This document shows positions 1 through 8,611 of a stretch of DNA of 64,000 nucleotides, in pieces. Made by a program: the position numbers and the translations under genes. Every line of letters begins with the position of its first letter. Position 1 is the stretch's first letter. A model generated the notes under the pieces. The model saw only the letters and a list, made by a program, of their open reading frames with translations. It did not search any database and had not been told where the DNA came from. The stretch lies in NCBI GenBank assembly GCA_050250555.1, contig JBFWOK010000005.1, positions 14,602-78,601 on the forward strand. Direction: 5' to 3'. The DNA is from Limisphaerales bacterium (lineage in GTDB: Bacteria > Verrucomicrobiota > Verrucomicrobiia > Limisphaerales > CAIMTB01).

Positions 1-126
1 GGCTCCAGCCTGCGCAACGAATTTTCGGAAACTCAGACCAATCCCGTCCTGCCCGATGGGACTTTCGAAGTGGTTCTGGATCCCGACGTGAAAGTCACCG
101 AACCCCTGTCCCCGAAGACCCGATGA
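1..126 (+). CDS. 3' end of unidentified upstream gene (partial, runs off left edge)
   Basis: Frame 1 is open from base 1 to TGA 124-126 (..DPDVKVTEPLSPKTR*). The stop overlaps the next ATG as ATGA, so an operon continues leftwards. Too short to name. Confidence 0.4.
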   Translation, partial: GSSLRNEFSETQTNPVLPDGTFEVVLDPDVKVTEPLSPKTR

Positions 127-599
127 CGATGAGCAGTGCCGGGCGCGAAGCCTTGGACGAGGCATTGAGCCGGCTTCCGCACGGACCGGGATTCCGATTC
201 GTCGACCGGGTGCTCACGCTGGAGCCCGGGAAACGCGGGACCGGGGAATACAAAGTTCTGGGAAGCGAACCCTTCCTGGCGGGGCACTTCCCGGGTGACC
301 CGTTGTTCCCCGGGGTTCTCCTGATCGAGGCCTGCGCCCAACTGGCCGGGGTGGTGGCCCAGAGCGACCCCGATCACGGGGCCCTTCCCAGGCTCAAGCT
401 CGCGGCCGTCCGCGGTTCAAAGATCATGGGATCGGCGAGACCCGGCGAAGTGATCACATTGCACGCCGAGGTGAGCGGACGGATGGGACACCTGATCCAG
501 GCGAAAGCTTCGGCGAGCGTCCTGGGCGCTCTCGTGCTGCAGTGCGAACTCACGCTCGCGGGTGCGCCGTCGACAAGGACCGAACCCAGGCCCGGGTGA
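123..599 (+). CDS. FabZ/FabA-like 3-hydroxyacyl-ACP dehydratase (hotdog fold)
   Basis: 158-aa ORF with the dehydratase active-site region HFPGDPLFPGVLLIEACAQLAG. The ATG overlaps the preceding stop. Confidence 0.8.
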   Translation: MTMSSAGREALDEALSRLPHGPGFRFVDRVLTLEPGKRGTGEYKVLGSEPFLAGHFPGDPLFPGVLLIEACAQLAGVVAQSDPDHGALPRLKLAAVRGSKIMGSARPGEVITLHAEVSGRMGHLIQAKASASVLGALVLQCELTLAGAPSTRTEPRPG

Positions 600-648
600 G
601 CCAAACCGTTTCCCGGTGACGCCGACCCGATGACCTCGTCGGACGTTA

Positions 649-1221
649 TTATCGAGGGCGAGTCGAACCGACCTTCTTGCCCTTGCCGGTCATGAAGACC
701 TTCCACTGGGTTCCATCGTCGGAGTATTCGAACTGATAATGGCAGCTCTTACCGTCTGGCGCGATAGTGGTCGAACTACGACAAGGATACTGCTTCCCGT
801 CCTTCTCGGAATTCCACTTCCCCGACCATGTCCTACCTTGGAGCGTCAGTATGATAGATTCGTTCTTCCAATCTTTGTGGAAGAACCCTGAGTTCTCGAA
901 AAACGTCCCCTGATACTGCTTCTTCTCATCGTCCCATCCTATGAGCCACAACCACGAAATCGGTCCCCCTGGCCCCACGCCCGCGGCTCTCTCCTCAAAG
1001 AAATAACCGTCAAGGATCATTCGGCTCTCGGTTTTTACCGACACGGTGCCAACCGGCCAAAAAGGATTCTCCGTACTCACCTCAACGAACTTCCATCTCC
1101 CGGTGAACATCTCGAGGTTCTTCTGTTCCGGGCCCGGCTTCTTAGGCGGATCTTGAGCCGGGGTGCGAGGCACAAACAGGCAGAGTGCCAGACTGGCTAT
1201 GACCAGGAGACGTGTCTTCAT
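649..1221 (-). CDS. small secreted DUF1579-like protein
   Basis: Track ORF 649..1617 trimmed to ATG 1221 (frame-checked), giving the signal peptide MKTRLLVIASLALCLFVPRTPAQ. The pattern PGPEQKNLEMFTGRWK..ILDGYFFEE..GWDDEKKQY..FEYSDDGTQWKVFMTGKGKK matches my recollection of the DUF1579 family. G+C is visibly lower than the neighbours. Confidence 0.6.
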   Translation of the reverse strand: MKTRLLVIASLALCLFVPRTPAQDPPKKPGPEQKNLEMFTGRWKFVEVSTENPFWPVGTVSVKTESRMILDGYFFEERAAGVGPGGPISWLWLIGWDDEKKQYQGTFFENSGFFHKDWKNESIILTLQGRTWSGKWNSEKDGKQYPCRSSTTIAPDGKSCHYQFEYSDDGTQWKVFMTGKGKKVGSTRPR

Positions 1222-1501
1222 TGGGTAGGTTTGTGAGTGAGGATCGATCCGGGCGCAATGGACACCTCGATTGAAGGTCAAGCCATCGCCCGGGATTGGA
1301 GTAGTCTGCAAGTAATAAACCAATAAAAGCAAGATCGTGCTGGTTTCCCGACCGCTCGAGTGGCCCACCGTTTGCTTCCCGAACGTCCGAAAACACCGAC
1401 GCCCCGGCTTTGGAATCTCCGGTTCAATTGAAAGCGACTCTTCATCGCCATCGTCGACTGCACGGTTGAGGGAAGCGCGGAGCCCGGGCAGGATCTGATC
1501 C

Positions 1502-1897
1502 ATGCGAATCGTCCGCTTTTCCGCCGGGGCTGCGTGCCTGCTGGCCGCCGGTTGCGCGAGTTCCACGTCCTCTCCCTCCGGACAGGAGCCCGGACGGGAA
1601 CGGGGCCCGGACGGCACCGTCGCCTACCTGATTGACGTCGAGGCGAGCGAACCGGATGTCCGGATCGAAGTGAACGGCGAGGACCTCGGTATGGCGCCAT
1701 TGCAGGTGAAGGTGTTCGGGGACAAGGATGGCACCTTTCACAACTTCGGCGGATTCAACTACGTCATCCGGGCGATACCGACCCAGGCGGGCCAGTACCC
1801 GCAGACGAAGACCTTCCACACCGGCGGATTCTTCACGCAGGAGGATCGGATTCCGAAGCGGGTGCATTTCCAGATGAACATGCCGACGGTTCCCTGA
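1502..1897 (+). CDS. hypothetical lipoprotein
   Basis: 131-aa ORF. N-terminus MRIVRFSAGAACLLAAGC is a signal peptide plus lipobox Cys. No other recognisable motif. Confidence 0.6.
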   Translation: MRIVRFSAGAACLLAAGCASSTSSPSGQEPGRERGPDGTVAYLIDVEASEPDVRIEVNGEDLGMAPLQVKVFGDKDGTFHNFGGFNYVIRAIPTQAGQYPQTKTFHTGGFFTQEDRIPKRVHFQMNMPTVP

Positions 1898-1933
1898 TCT
1901 CCGGAGAGGGGCGCTTGGGAGAAGGCGATCCCA

Positions 1934-2057
1934 CCACGAAGGCACGAAGGACACGAAGGAAGCACGATTCGTTCCGGCCTCGGCAATCCGCTACAGGTCA
2001 ATCCCGATCAGGGACTCGCTTCCGCCTCTCCCTTCGTGCTCTTCGTGCTCTTCGTGG
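1934..2057. repeat. long imperfect hairpin built from tandem CACGAAGG units (REP-like intergenic element)
   Basis: Left arm CCACGAAGgCACGAAGgaCACGAAGG (1934-1959) pairs with right arm CCTTCGTGctCTTCGTGctCTTCGTGG (2031-2057) as 8+7+8 bp helices around a ~70-nt loop. It lies between the lipoprotein stop and the sigma gene. A related element is at 33827-33956. Confidence 0.6.
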
Positions 2058-2201
2058 TTTCTTACGCGGGGTTTTGGGACGGTTCCGCCGGGATCCCAAT
2101 GATCGCTTCGGTCAGGTAGGGTCCGCATCCCGGGTCCTTCCACGCGTCTGGAAGCGGAATTGGGTTTGGTGATTCGCGGCCGTGGTGCTAAGCGAGGCTC
2201 G

Positions 2202-2939
2202 ATGCACACGCCAGACCCTGGACGGCAGGCGTTCCATACGACCCAGTGGAGCCTCGTCGGCACCGCGCAGTCCCAGCAACCCGCGGACCGTACCCAGGCG
2301 CGCAAGGCCCTCGAGGAGCTGTGTCGCGCCTACTGGTATCCGCTCTACGCGTTCGTCCGTAACCGGGGCCATTCGTCCGCCGACGCCCAGGACCTGACGC
2401 AAGCCTTCTTCGCGCAGTTCATCGAAGGCGGTGGATTCGCGTTGGCGAACCGTGATCGAGGCCGGTTCCGAACTTATCTCCTGGGTTCCATGAAGAACTT
2501 CCTCGCGAACGAATGGCACCGCGCGCGACGACTCAAACGCGGTGGCGGACAGGCCTTGCTCGAATGGGACGCGCTGGATCCCGAGGCTCGCTATGCCATC
2601 GAACCCCGCGGCTCCGACGATTTGGACACCTGTTTTGACCGCGAGTGGGCCCTGCGATTGACCGAAGTCGCCCTCGCGCGGTTGCGGACGGAATCCGAGG
2701 CGGAAGGAAAAGCGAACTTGTTCGAGGCCCTGCGGGGAAGCCTGACCGGCGAGGAGCCGAATCGGGCCGAGACCGCCGCCCAACTCGGCGTGAGCGAAGG
2801 CGCCTTGAAAGTGGCGATTCACCGATTCCGGAAACGCTATCGGGAACTGCTCCGCTCGGAAGTCGCGGAAACCGTCGACGATCCGTCCGCGGTGGATGAT
2901 GAGATGCGCCATCTTGTGTCCGTGCTGCGCGGCGGTTGA
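2202..2939 (+). CDS. ECF-type RNA polymerase sigma factor (STK-associated type, ECF43-like)
   Basis: Trimmed to ATG 2202. Region 2 (HTTQWSLV..YWYPLYAFVRNRGHSSADAQDLTQAFF) and region 4 HTH (ETAAQLGVSEGALKVAIHRFRKRYR) are present. No anti-sigma gene follows; a Ser/Thr kinase does. Paralog at 25875-26624. Confidence 0.85.
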   Translation: MHTPDPGRQAFHTTQWSLVGTAQSQQPADRTQARKALEELCRAYWYPLYAFVRNRGHSSADAQDLTQAFFAQFIEGGGFALANRDRGRFRTYLLGSMKNFLANEWHRARRLKRGGGQALLEWDALDPEARYAIEPRGSDDLDTCFDREWALRLTEVALARLRTESEAEGKANLFEALRGSLTGEEPNRAETAAQLGVSEGALKVAIHRFRKRYRELLRSEVAETVDDPSAVDDEMRHLVSVLRGG

Positions 2940-2958
2940 ACCGCCGGCCTGGTGGTCA

Positions 2959-2988
2959 TGTAACCAGCGCCCGGATTCCTTTCAGGAT
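2959..2988 (+). promoter_or_regulatory. bipartite motif TGTAACC-N14-TTTCAGGAT (candidate ECF-dependent promoter, copy A)
   Basis: Lies in the 91-bp gap between the sigma stop (2939) and the kinase ATG (3031). The same two boxes with the same 14-nt spacing recur at 5933-5962. Confidence 0.4.
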
Positions 2989-3009
2989 GATGGTGATGGT
3001 GATGGTGAT
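2986..3009. repeat. hexanucleotide microsatellite (GATGGT)n
   Basis: gatgatggtgatggtgatggtgat sits immediately upstream of the kinase start. It reads as His8 on the opposite strand, which explains spurious ORF 2837..3049. Confidence 0.8.
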
Positions 3010-3030
3010 TGTCGCGCGAATCCTGAACCC

Positions 3031-5709
3031 ATGAACTCCGGAAACACACCCACCTGCCCTCGCTGCGACGGAGTCATTCCGCCCGGCGCCCGGGAGAAAG
3101 TGTGCCCGGCCTGTCTGCTGTCCGCGGCCATCGATGCCGACACCACCGCCGATGAACCGGAGACCGTGGCGGCGCCCCGCGGGATGGCATCGGGCTCGCC
3201 GCCAATCCGCCCAGCCCAGTTCCCCCACGATCTCGGCGGCTACCGTCTGCGAGGAATCCTTGGACAGGGCGGGATGGGCACGGTCTATGAAGCCGAGCAC
3301 CTGGCCAGCGGACGTCGCGTCGCCCTCAAGATGCTCGATCGGGAACTGGACGCCCCGGAACTTCGGCAGCGCTTCCTTCGCGAAGGCCGGCTCGCGGCCC
3401 GGGTGAATCATCCGAACAGCCTGTACGTCTTCGGCAGCGAGGAGATCGAGGGCAATCCCGTGATCACGATGGAGATCGCGGGCGGCGGAACGCTTCAGGA
3501 CGAACTCCGGCGACGCGGACCGCTGCCGATCGCGGAGGCCGTGGACGCCATTCTCGACATCATTTCCGGCCTGGAAGCCGCCTCGGCGAGCGGAGTGTTG
3601 CACCGCGACATCAAGCCCTCGAACTGCTTTCTCACCCCGGAAGGTCCGGTCAAGGTCGGCGACTTCGGGATCTCGGTGTCCACGCTCGCACGGGCCGATA
3701 CGTTCGTCACCGGCCACGGGCGGATCCTAGGCACTCCCGCCTTCGCGGCTCCGGAACAGCTCCGCGGCGACACCGTGGATGTTCGCGCCGACATCTACTC
3801 GGTCGGTGCGACCCTGTTCACCCTGCTCACGAACCGTCCGCCTTTCGAGGGCGACAACGCGGTCCAGGTGGTGGCCAACGCCGTCAACCAAAAGCCAAAA
3901 GCCCTCGGTACCTTCCGCGACGACGTGCCGCCGACCCTGGAACGCGTCGTCGCCCGTTGTCTCGCGAAGGAACCCGCCGACAGGTTCGCGGACTATGGCC
4001 AGTTGCGGGATGCGCTGCTGCCCTTCAGCTCGCGGGAAGCCGAACCCGCCTCGATGAATACGAGGGCCGCCGCGGGCTGGATCGACTACATCATCGCGTT
4101 CTTCGTCCCGTATGTCGCGCTGTCGCTCTCGATCGGACTTGGAAGATTTCACTTCGGGCCGCTGGTCGAACGCACCCTCCCTTCGGCGAGGTATTACCTG
4201 GCCTTCCTCGCGTTCGGATTCCTCTACTTCACCATCACCGAAGGCATCTGGGGCGCGGGGCTCGGCAAGGCCGTGATGGGCTTGCGCGTCGTCCGATCCG
4301 GGAATCGCGTCCCTGGCCTGGGTCGGGCCTTTCTTCGGATCTTCGTTCCCATCGGGTTCATCGAAGCCGTCCGCGTGCCGTTCCTGCTCGCCACGGTGGC
4401 ACCCGTGGACGCCGCCAGCGTCACCGGCGTTCACGCCTTGATCTACCTCGGCGCGAGCAACGTGTGCCCCTGGCTGGCTGTCCTCCTCGCCCTGAAGGCC
4501 CGTCCCGAAAACGGATTCGCCACCGCCTGGGACCGCATCTCCGGAACCCGCGTCGTGCTGAAGCCGAAGGGTACTCCCAAGCCGTCGATGCCGTCGGCGC
4601 TCCCAGCTCCCGCGCCTGAATCACCCATCGCGACACTCGGCCCCTATCGAATGACCGGCGAAATCGCGCCGGGAACTTGGATTGCCGCGACGGATCCCGT
4701 CCTGCGCCGCGAGGTCTGGCTCTGGAGCCGGGAATCAACGGCTCCCTCGGCGGCCCGGCGAAGCGTCGCCCGGCCAGGTCGCCTTCGATGGCTCCAGAAG
4801 GTGTCCGTCGCCGGCCGCACCTGGGACGCCTTCGACGCCCCCCAGGGAATGCCTTTCAACCGCTGCGTCGAAAACGAAAAGTCCGTCCCCTGGGCCGACC
4901 TTCGACACTGGCTCCACGACCTCGCTTCGGAGCTTTGGCAAGCCGACACCGACCAGACGCTGCCCGACGAACTGAGCCTCGATCACGTCTGGATCACGGA
5001 CCAAGGACAGGCCGTCCTGCTCGACCGCCCATGGCCGTTCGTGAATCCCCCCGCGGAACGCTTCGCCGTGAAACACCTCGACGGTCAACAGCGCTTCCTG
5101 AACGCAATCGCGGAGCGCGTGGACTCCACAACGCTGCCGCTGCATGCGCGAAAGGTCCTGCAAAACCTGGCTTTCGGAAGATTCGAGAAGCTCAGCTACC
5201 TGACCGGCATCCTGCGGGGATTGCTGGACAGGCCGGTTGAGATCAGCCGGGGAGTCCGAGCCGGATCGGTGTTCATGCTGCCGATCTATGTCTGGATCAT
5301 GATGTTCCTGGCAAACCACCAGGATAAAGGGACCGACCCAACCGCGACCGGGTTGTTCACGGTCGCGCTGACCTCGCTCGGCGTGGTCCTGGCAGCCCGC
5401 ATGGGCTTTCAGTTGCTCGAGGTCCCGTTTCGCACGACGTGCAGCCATTCCATCTTCCGCCTGGTGGTCATCGACTCGACGGGACAACGCGCGAGCCGGC
5501 GTCGGCTCCTGGTCCGTTGGGCCATCGTTTGGATGCCACTCCTTCCGTCATTGATCGGCCTGTGGATTGGGCGGACCAATCCTCCGAACCACCCCGGCTT
5601 TGAGTTTTACCTGCTCCTGGCGTGGACCGCGGCCGCGCTTTACGCGGTGGTCCGTCCTCACCGCGGCCTGCAGGACCACCTGGCGCGAACCCGCGTCGTG
5701 CGGCACTGA
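3031..5709 (+). CDS. Ser/Thr protein kinase with N-terminal zinc ribbon and two RDD-type membrane domains
   Basis: Trimmed to ATG 3031. Contains CPRCDG..CPAC, then Hanks kinase motifs GQGGMGTVY, VALK, HRDIKPSN, DFG and FAAPE. An RDD-like TM block follows (WIDYIIAFFVP..ITEGIWGAGLGK). A degenerate kinase-like stretch (LSLDHVWITDQGQAVLLD) and a second TM/RDD-like block lie at the C-terminus. Confidence 0.85.
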   Translation: MNSGNTPTCPRCDGVIPPGAREKVCPACLLSAAIDADTTADEPETVAAPRGMASGSPPIRPAQFPHDLGGYRLRGILGQGGMGTVYEAEHLASGRRVALKMLDRELDAPELRQRFLREGRLAARVNHPNSLYVFGSEEIEGNPVITMEIAGGGTLQDELRRRGPLPIAEAVDAILDIISGLEAASASGVLHRDIKPSNCFLTPEGPVKVGDFGISVSTLARADTFVTGHGRILGTPAFAAPEQLRGDTVDVRADIYSVGATLFTLLTNRPPFEGDNAVQVVANAVNQKPKALGTFRDDVPPTLERVVARCLAKEPADRFADYGQLRDALLPFSSREAEPASMNTRAAAGWIDYIIAFFVPYVALSLSIGLGRFHFGPLVERTLPSARYYLAFLAFGFLYFTITEGIWGAGLGKAVMGLRVVRSGNRVPGLGRAFLRIFVPIGFIEAVRVPFLLATVAPVDAASVTGVHALIYLGASNVCPWLAVLLALKARPENGFATAWDRISGTRVVLKPKGTPKPSMPSALPAPAPESPIATLGPYRMTGEIAPGTWIAATDPVLRREVWLWSRESTAPSAARRSVARPGRLRWLQKVSVAGRTWDAFDAPQGMPFNRCVENEKSVPWADLRHWLHDLASELWQADTDQTLPDELSLDHVWITDQGQAVLLDRPWPFVNPPAERFAVKHLDGQQRFLNAIAERVDSTTLPLHARKVLQNLAFGRFEKLSYLTGILRGLLDRPVEISRGVRAGSVFMLPIYVWIMMFLANHQDKGTDPTATGLFTVALTSLGVVLAARMGFQLLEVPFRTTCSHSIFRLVVIDSTGQRASRRRLLVRWAIVWMPLLPSLIGLWIGRTNPPNHPGFEFYLLLAWTAAALYAVVRPHRGLQDHLARTRVVRH

Positions 5710-5932
5710 CCCCCCATCCCGAGTGGAACCAGTCCGGTTCCGCGACATTTCCGGTCGGCAATCCGCCAAACCGAATTTTCTGGGCCCGGAGGGCCGCCGG
5801 ACATTAGCCGGCGGCAAGCCCGCTCCGGCGGGCGCGGCCGCGGGTCCCCAACCCAGCGCCATCGCGCCCCGGCAGGCGCGGGAGACGCCGGTTGCCTACC
5901 CGAGGTACCAGTCATCGAACTCCGGGGAACCT

Positions 5933-5962
5933 TGTAACCCGGGTCGGCGCTTCTTTCAGGAT
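5933..5962 (+). promoter_or_regulatory. bipartite motif TGTAACC-N14-TTTCAGGAT (candidate ECF-dependent promoter, copy B)
   Basis: Boxes and spacing are identical to copy A. The motif ends 122 nt upstream of ATG 6084, which opens the CIA30-like/acyltransferase/cupin gene string. Confidence 0.4.
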
Positions 5963-6083
5963 AGGGAGGAGAAACGGAGAAACCTCCGAACCGCCGAAGA
6001 GAAGTACCACCAACGTGACCCACCAGGCGCCCACGCCTCCTCAGTCGGACCGTGGCCGCCGAAACGACGGACGACCCTATCTC

Positions 6084-6731
6084 ATGAAATCAACGCAATC
6101 GAATCAACGACGGTATGCATCCCTGTGGACCGCCTTTCTGCTGCTGGGCGCCATCGGGTGCGATCGCGAACACGGAACCCCAGATCAAGCCGAGACCCCG
6201 CTCAATGCAAGGTCGGCCCCCGCGCCGCTCCTGCTGGATGACTATTCGGACGCGGGACGGAATCTGAAGGGCGCCGAACGCCTGCTGTTCGACGACAAGA
6301 CCGCCGGAAGTCAATCGCGAGCGACCGTGAAATGCCGGGACGGTGTGTTGTCGATCACCGGCGATCTCATTCCCGGTCGCGGAGTCCCCGCCTTCATGAG
6401 CGCTGTGTCCCCCGTTTCACCGGATGGAACCCCGAAGGACATGAGCGCGTACGAGGGGATCCGCCTTCGCGTGAAAGGCATCTCGGGCATCCTCAGCGTT
6501 CAGATCGCCACCTCGGCGGTCACCAATTTCGACTATCACGCGAGCGCTCCAATCACCGGCGCGACGGGGGGCGATTTCCGCGAGGTGCGGATTCCCTTCA
6601 ACACCCTGAAACGCGCCTGGTCGGAGCAAACGGCCCTCGATCTCAAAACGGTCACCAGCGTCAACCTGGTCTCCTTCGCGATGTCCAAGACCGCGTTCGC
6701 CTACGAGGTGGATGAACTCGGCTTCTATTGA
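6084..6731 (+). CDS. CIA30-family (complex I intermediate-associated protein 30-like) lipoprotein
   Basis: Trimmed to ATG 6084. Lipobox LLLGAIGC. The pattern LLLDDYSD..GIRLRVKG..FREVRIPFNTL..AYEVDELGFY fits the CIA30/CBM11-like family. Confidence 0.65.
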   Translation: MKSTQSNQRRYASLWTAFLLLGAIGCDREHGTPDQAETPLNARSAPAPLLLDDYSDAGRNLKGAERLLFDDKTAGSQSRATVKCRDGVLSITGDLIPGRGVPAFMSAVSPVSPDGTPKDMSAYEGIRLRVKGISGILSVQIATSAVTNFDYHASAPITGATGGDFREVRIPFNTLKRAWSEQTALDLKTVTSVNLVSFAMSKTAFAYEVDELGFY

Positions 6732-6768
6732 ACCCTCGCTTCAGTACTACCCCAAAAGACGCGCCACC

Positions 6769-8055
6769 ATGTCGCCATCCCCTCTTTCAATCCCCTCGCC
6801 CAACCCCGCCCAGGAGGCGGCCACGACGAGACTGGATTTCCTCGACGCGACCCGCGCGTTCGCGCTCCTGCTCGGAGTGGTCTTCCACGCCGGCATGTCC
6901 TTCATGCCCGTCTTCATCGGCTGGGCCGTGCAGGACGTTTCAACCAGTCCGCTGGTGTCGATCTTCGTCGTGGTCAGCCACGCGTTCCGAATGGAGACGT
7001 TCTTCCTGCTGGCCGGTTTCTTCAGCCAACTCACTTTGCATCGCAAGGGCGCCGCCGAGTTCGTCCGTTCACGCGTGGTTCGAATTCTGGTGCCGTTCGT
7101 CGCGGGCTGGTTTCTCCTCCGCCCGCTTCTGGTCTCGGGCTGGATCATGGGAAACGCCAGCCTGCGAGGGGACGTCGATGTTTGGGCCGGCCTGCTCGGC
7201 GGCTTTCAATCCCTTTCGACCCTTCCAACCGGCATCTTCACCGGAACGCATCTTTGGTTTCTGTACTACCTGGCGTTGGTCACCGCGCTGACACTGTCGG
7301 GGCGGTGGTTGTTGGCCGCCTCCGGTTCCCTGGGTGGCGCATTCCTCCGAAAGGGTGATGCCATCGTCGCCTGGCTCGCGGCTTCCCCGTTCTCGCCGCT
7401 GATCCTCGCGATCCCCACGGCTGCCGTCCTGAGGTTCATGACCGGCTGGGGGATGGACACACCCGACCAATCGCTTTTCCCCCATTTCCCGGTTCTCGCC
7501 ATCTACGGGGGATTCTTCCTCTTTGGATGGATGCTGGGCCGGCAGCGCGAGCTGATCGGCGCTCTCGCACGGTTGACGCCGATGAGATGGGTCCTCGCGG
7601 GAATCGGCGCTGTTTTGATCCTCGCGCTGGGCCGAATCGAGGGCGATCCGGCCCACGGCCACCGCGTCGCCGCGCGCATTGCCTACTCCCTTGGGTATGC
7701 CCTGACGATGTGGTCGCTCCTGTTTCTGACCCTGGGCATCTTCAGAAACCTGTGTCGGCGGCCCAACGCCGCGGTTCGCTACGTGGCCGACTCGTCCTAC
7801 TGGATGTACCTGATCCACCTACCGATCGTGGTCTGGCTCCAGGTGGCGGTCGCCGAATTGCCCCTGAACTGGTCGCTCAAACTCGCGATCATCTCCGTCG
7901 CCACAATCGCGATCGCGCTGGCGAGCTATCATCTCCTCGTGCGCTCCACCGTCATTGGCCAGGTGCTGAACGGCCGGCGGCTCCCACGGCGCGGAGCACG
8001 GCGCGTGACGGAGCGGGTATCCGGCGCATGGCACCCCTCATCCATGACGCGATGA
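6769..8055 (+). CDS. acyltransferase family 3 integral membrane protein
   Basis: Trimmed to ATG 6769. N-terminal RLDFLDATRAFALLLGVVFHAG motif followed by about 10 predicted TM segments. Confidence 0.7.
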   Translation: MSPSPLSIPSPNPAQEAATTRLDFLDATRAFALLLGVVFHAGMSFMPVFIGWAVQDVSTSPLVSIFVVVSHAFRMETFFLLAGFFSQLTLHRKGAAEFVRSRVVRILVPFVAGWFLLRPLLVSGWIMGNASLRGDVDVWAGLLGGFQSLSTLPTGIFTGTHLWFLYYLALVTALTLSGRWLLAASGSLGGAFLRKGDAIVAWLAASPFSPLILAIPTAAVLRFMTGWGMDTPDQSLFPHFPVLAIYGGFFLFGWMLGRQRELIGALARLTPMRWVLAGIGAVLILALGRIEGDPAHGHRVAARIAYSLGYALTMWSLLFLTLGIFRNLCRRPNAAVRYVADSSYWMYLIHLPIVVWLQVAVAELPLNWSLKLAIISVATIAIALASYHLLVRSTVIGQVLNGRRLPRRGARRVTERVSGAWHPSSMTR

Positions 8056-8095
8056 CGCAGCGCAAAGAGATGGATGATCGGTTGCCAGCCGTGGG

Positions 8096-8593
8096 GTGAG
8101 CAACGAGCATTCGCCAACCGCCATGTCGCATCCCACCGACCCAAATCAAAATCCGAATCGTGAGACTGTCCTCGGTGGCCGAGTCGTCCGTTACCGGTTG
8201 CCCGTGTTTGAAGGTCGACCGGCACCAGGATCAGTGCTCCCCGATCTCAAGCGACTCCTCCTTCCGCAGGGCGAGCTGGCGCAGTTCCACAACGGCGAGC
8301 CCGGCATCCGGTATCTCGCCTGGATCGATCTCCGCGGTGGCGGCGTGCGCGGCAATCACGTGCATCGGCGCAAGGACGAATCCATCTACCTGATCGCCGG
8401 CGCAATGCGCGTGGTGGTCGAGGATCCCGCGAGCGGGGAACGCGGCGAGGTTCGTATGCAGGCCGGCGACCTGATTCGAATTCCTCCCGGGATCGCCCAC
8501 GCCCTTCAGCCCGAAGCCGACGGCCACGCCTTGGAATTCGCCCCGGACCCCTTGGATCCCGCCGACACGTTTCCCCACCGACTGATCCCGTAG
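8096..8593 (+). CDS. cupin-domain protein (sugar isomerase/epimerase-like)
   Basis: 165 aa with cupin motifs GNHVHRRKDESIYLIAG and IPPGIAHAL. GTG start at 8096; ATG at codon 10 is an alternative. Confidence 0.55.
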   Translation: MSNEHSPTAMSHPTDPNQNPNRETVLGGRVVRYRLPVFEGRPAPGSVLPDLKRLLLPQGELAQFHNGEPGIRYLAWIDLRGGGVRGNHVHRRKDESIYLIAGAMRVVVEDPASGERGEVRMQAGDLIRIPPGIAHALQPEADGHALEFAPDPLDPADTFPHRLIP

Positions 8594-8611
8594 TCCCGGG
8601 CGGGGACGGGT

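Noticed and set aside
1934-2057. CACGAAGG tandem units as a CRISPR array
   Set aside because: The units are 8-9 nt with 1-2 nt between them and are mirrored by an inverted arm. There are no spacers of CRISPR size and no cas genes.
2837-3049. Minus-strand ORF encoding HHHHHHHH, superficially like a His-tag or vector remnant
   Set aside because: The His run is simply the reverse reading of the (GATGGT)n microsatellite in the sigma-kinase intergenic gap. The ORF is short, overlaps the real sigma gene end and has no other vector-like sequence.
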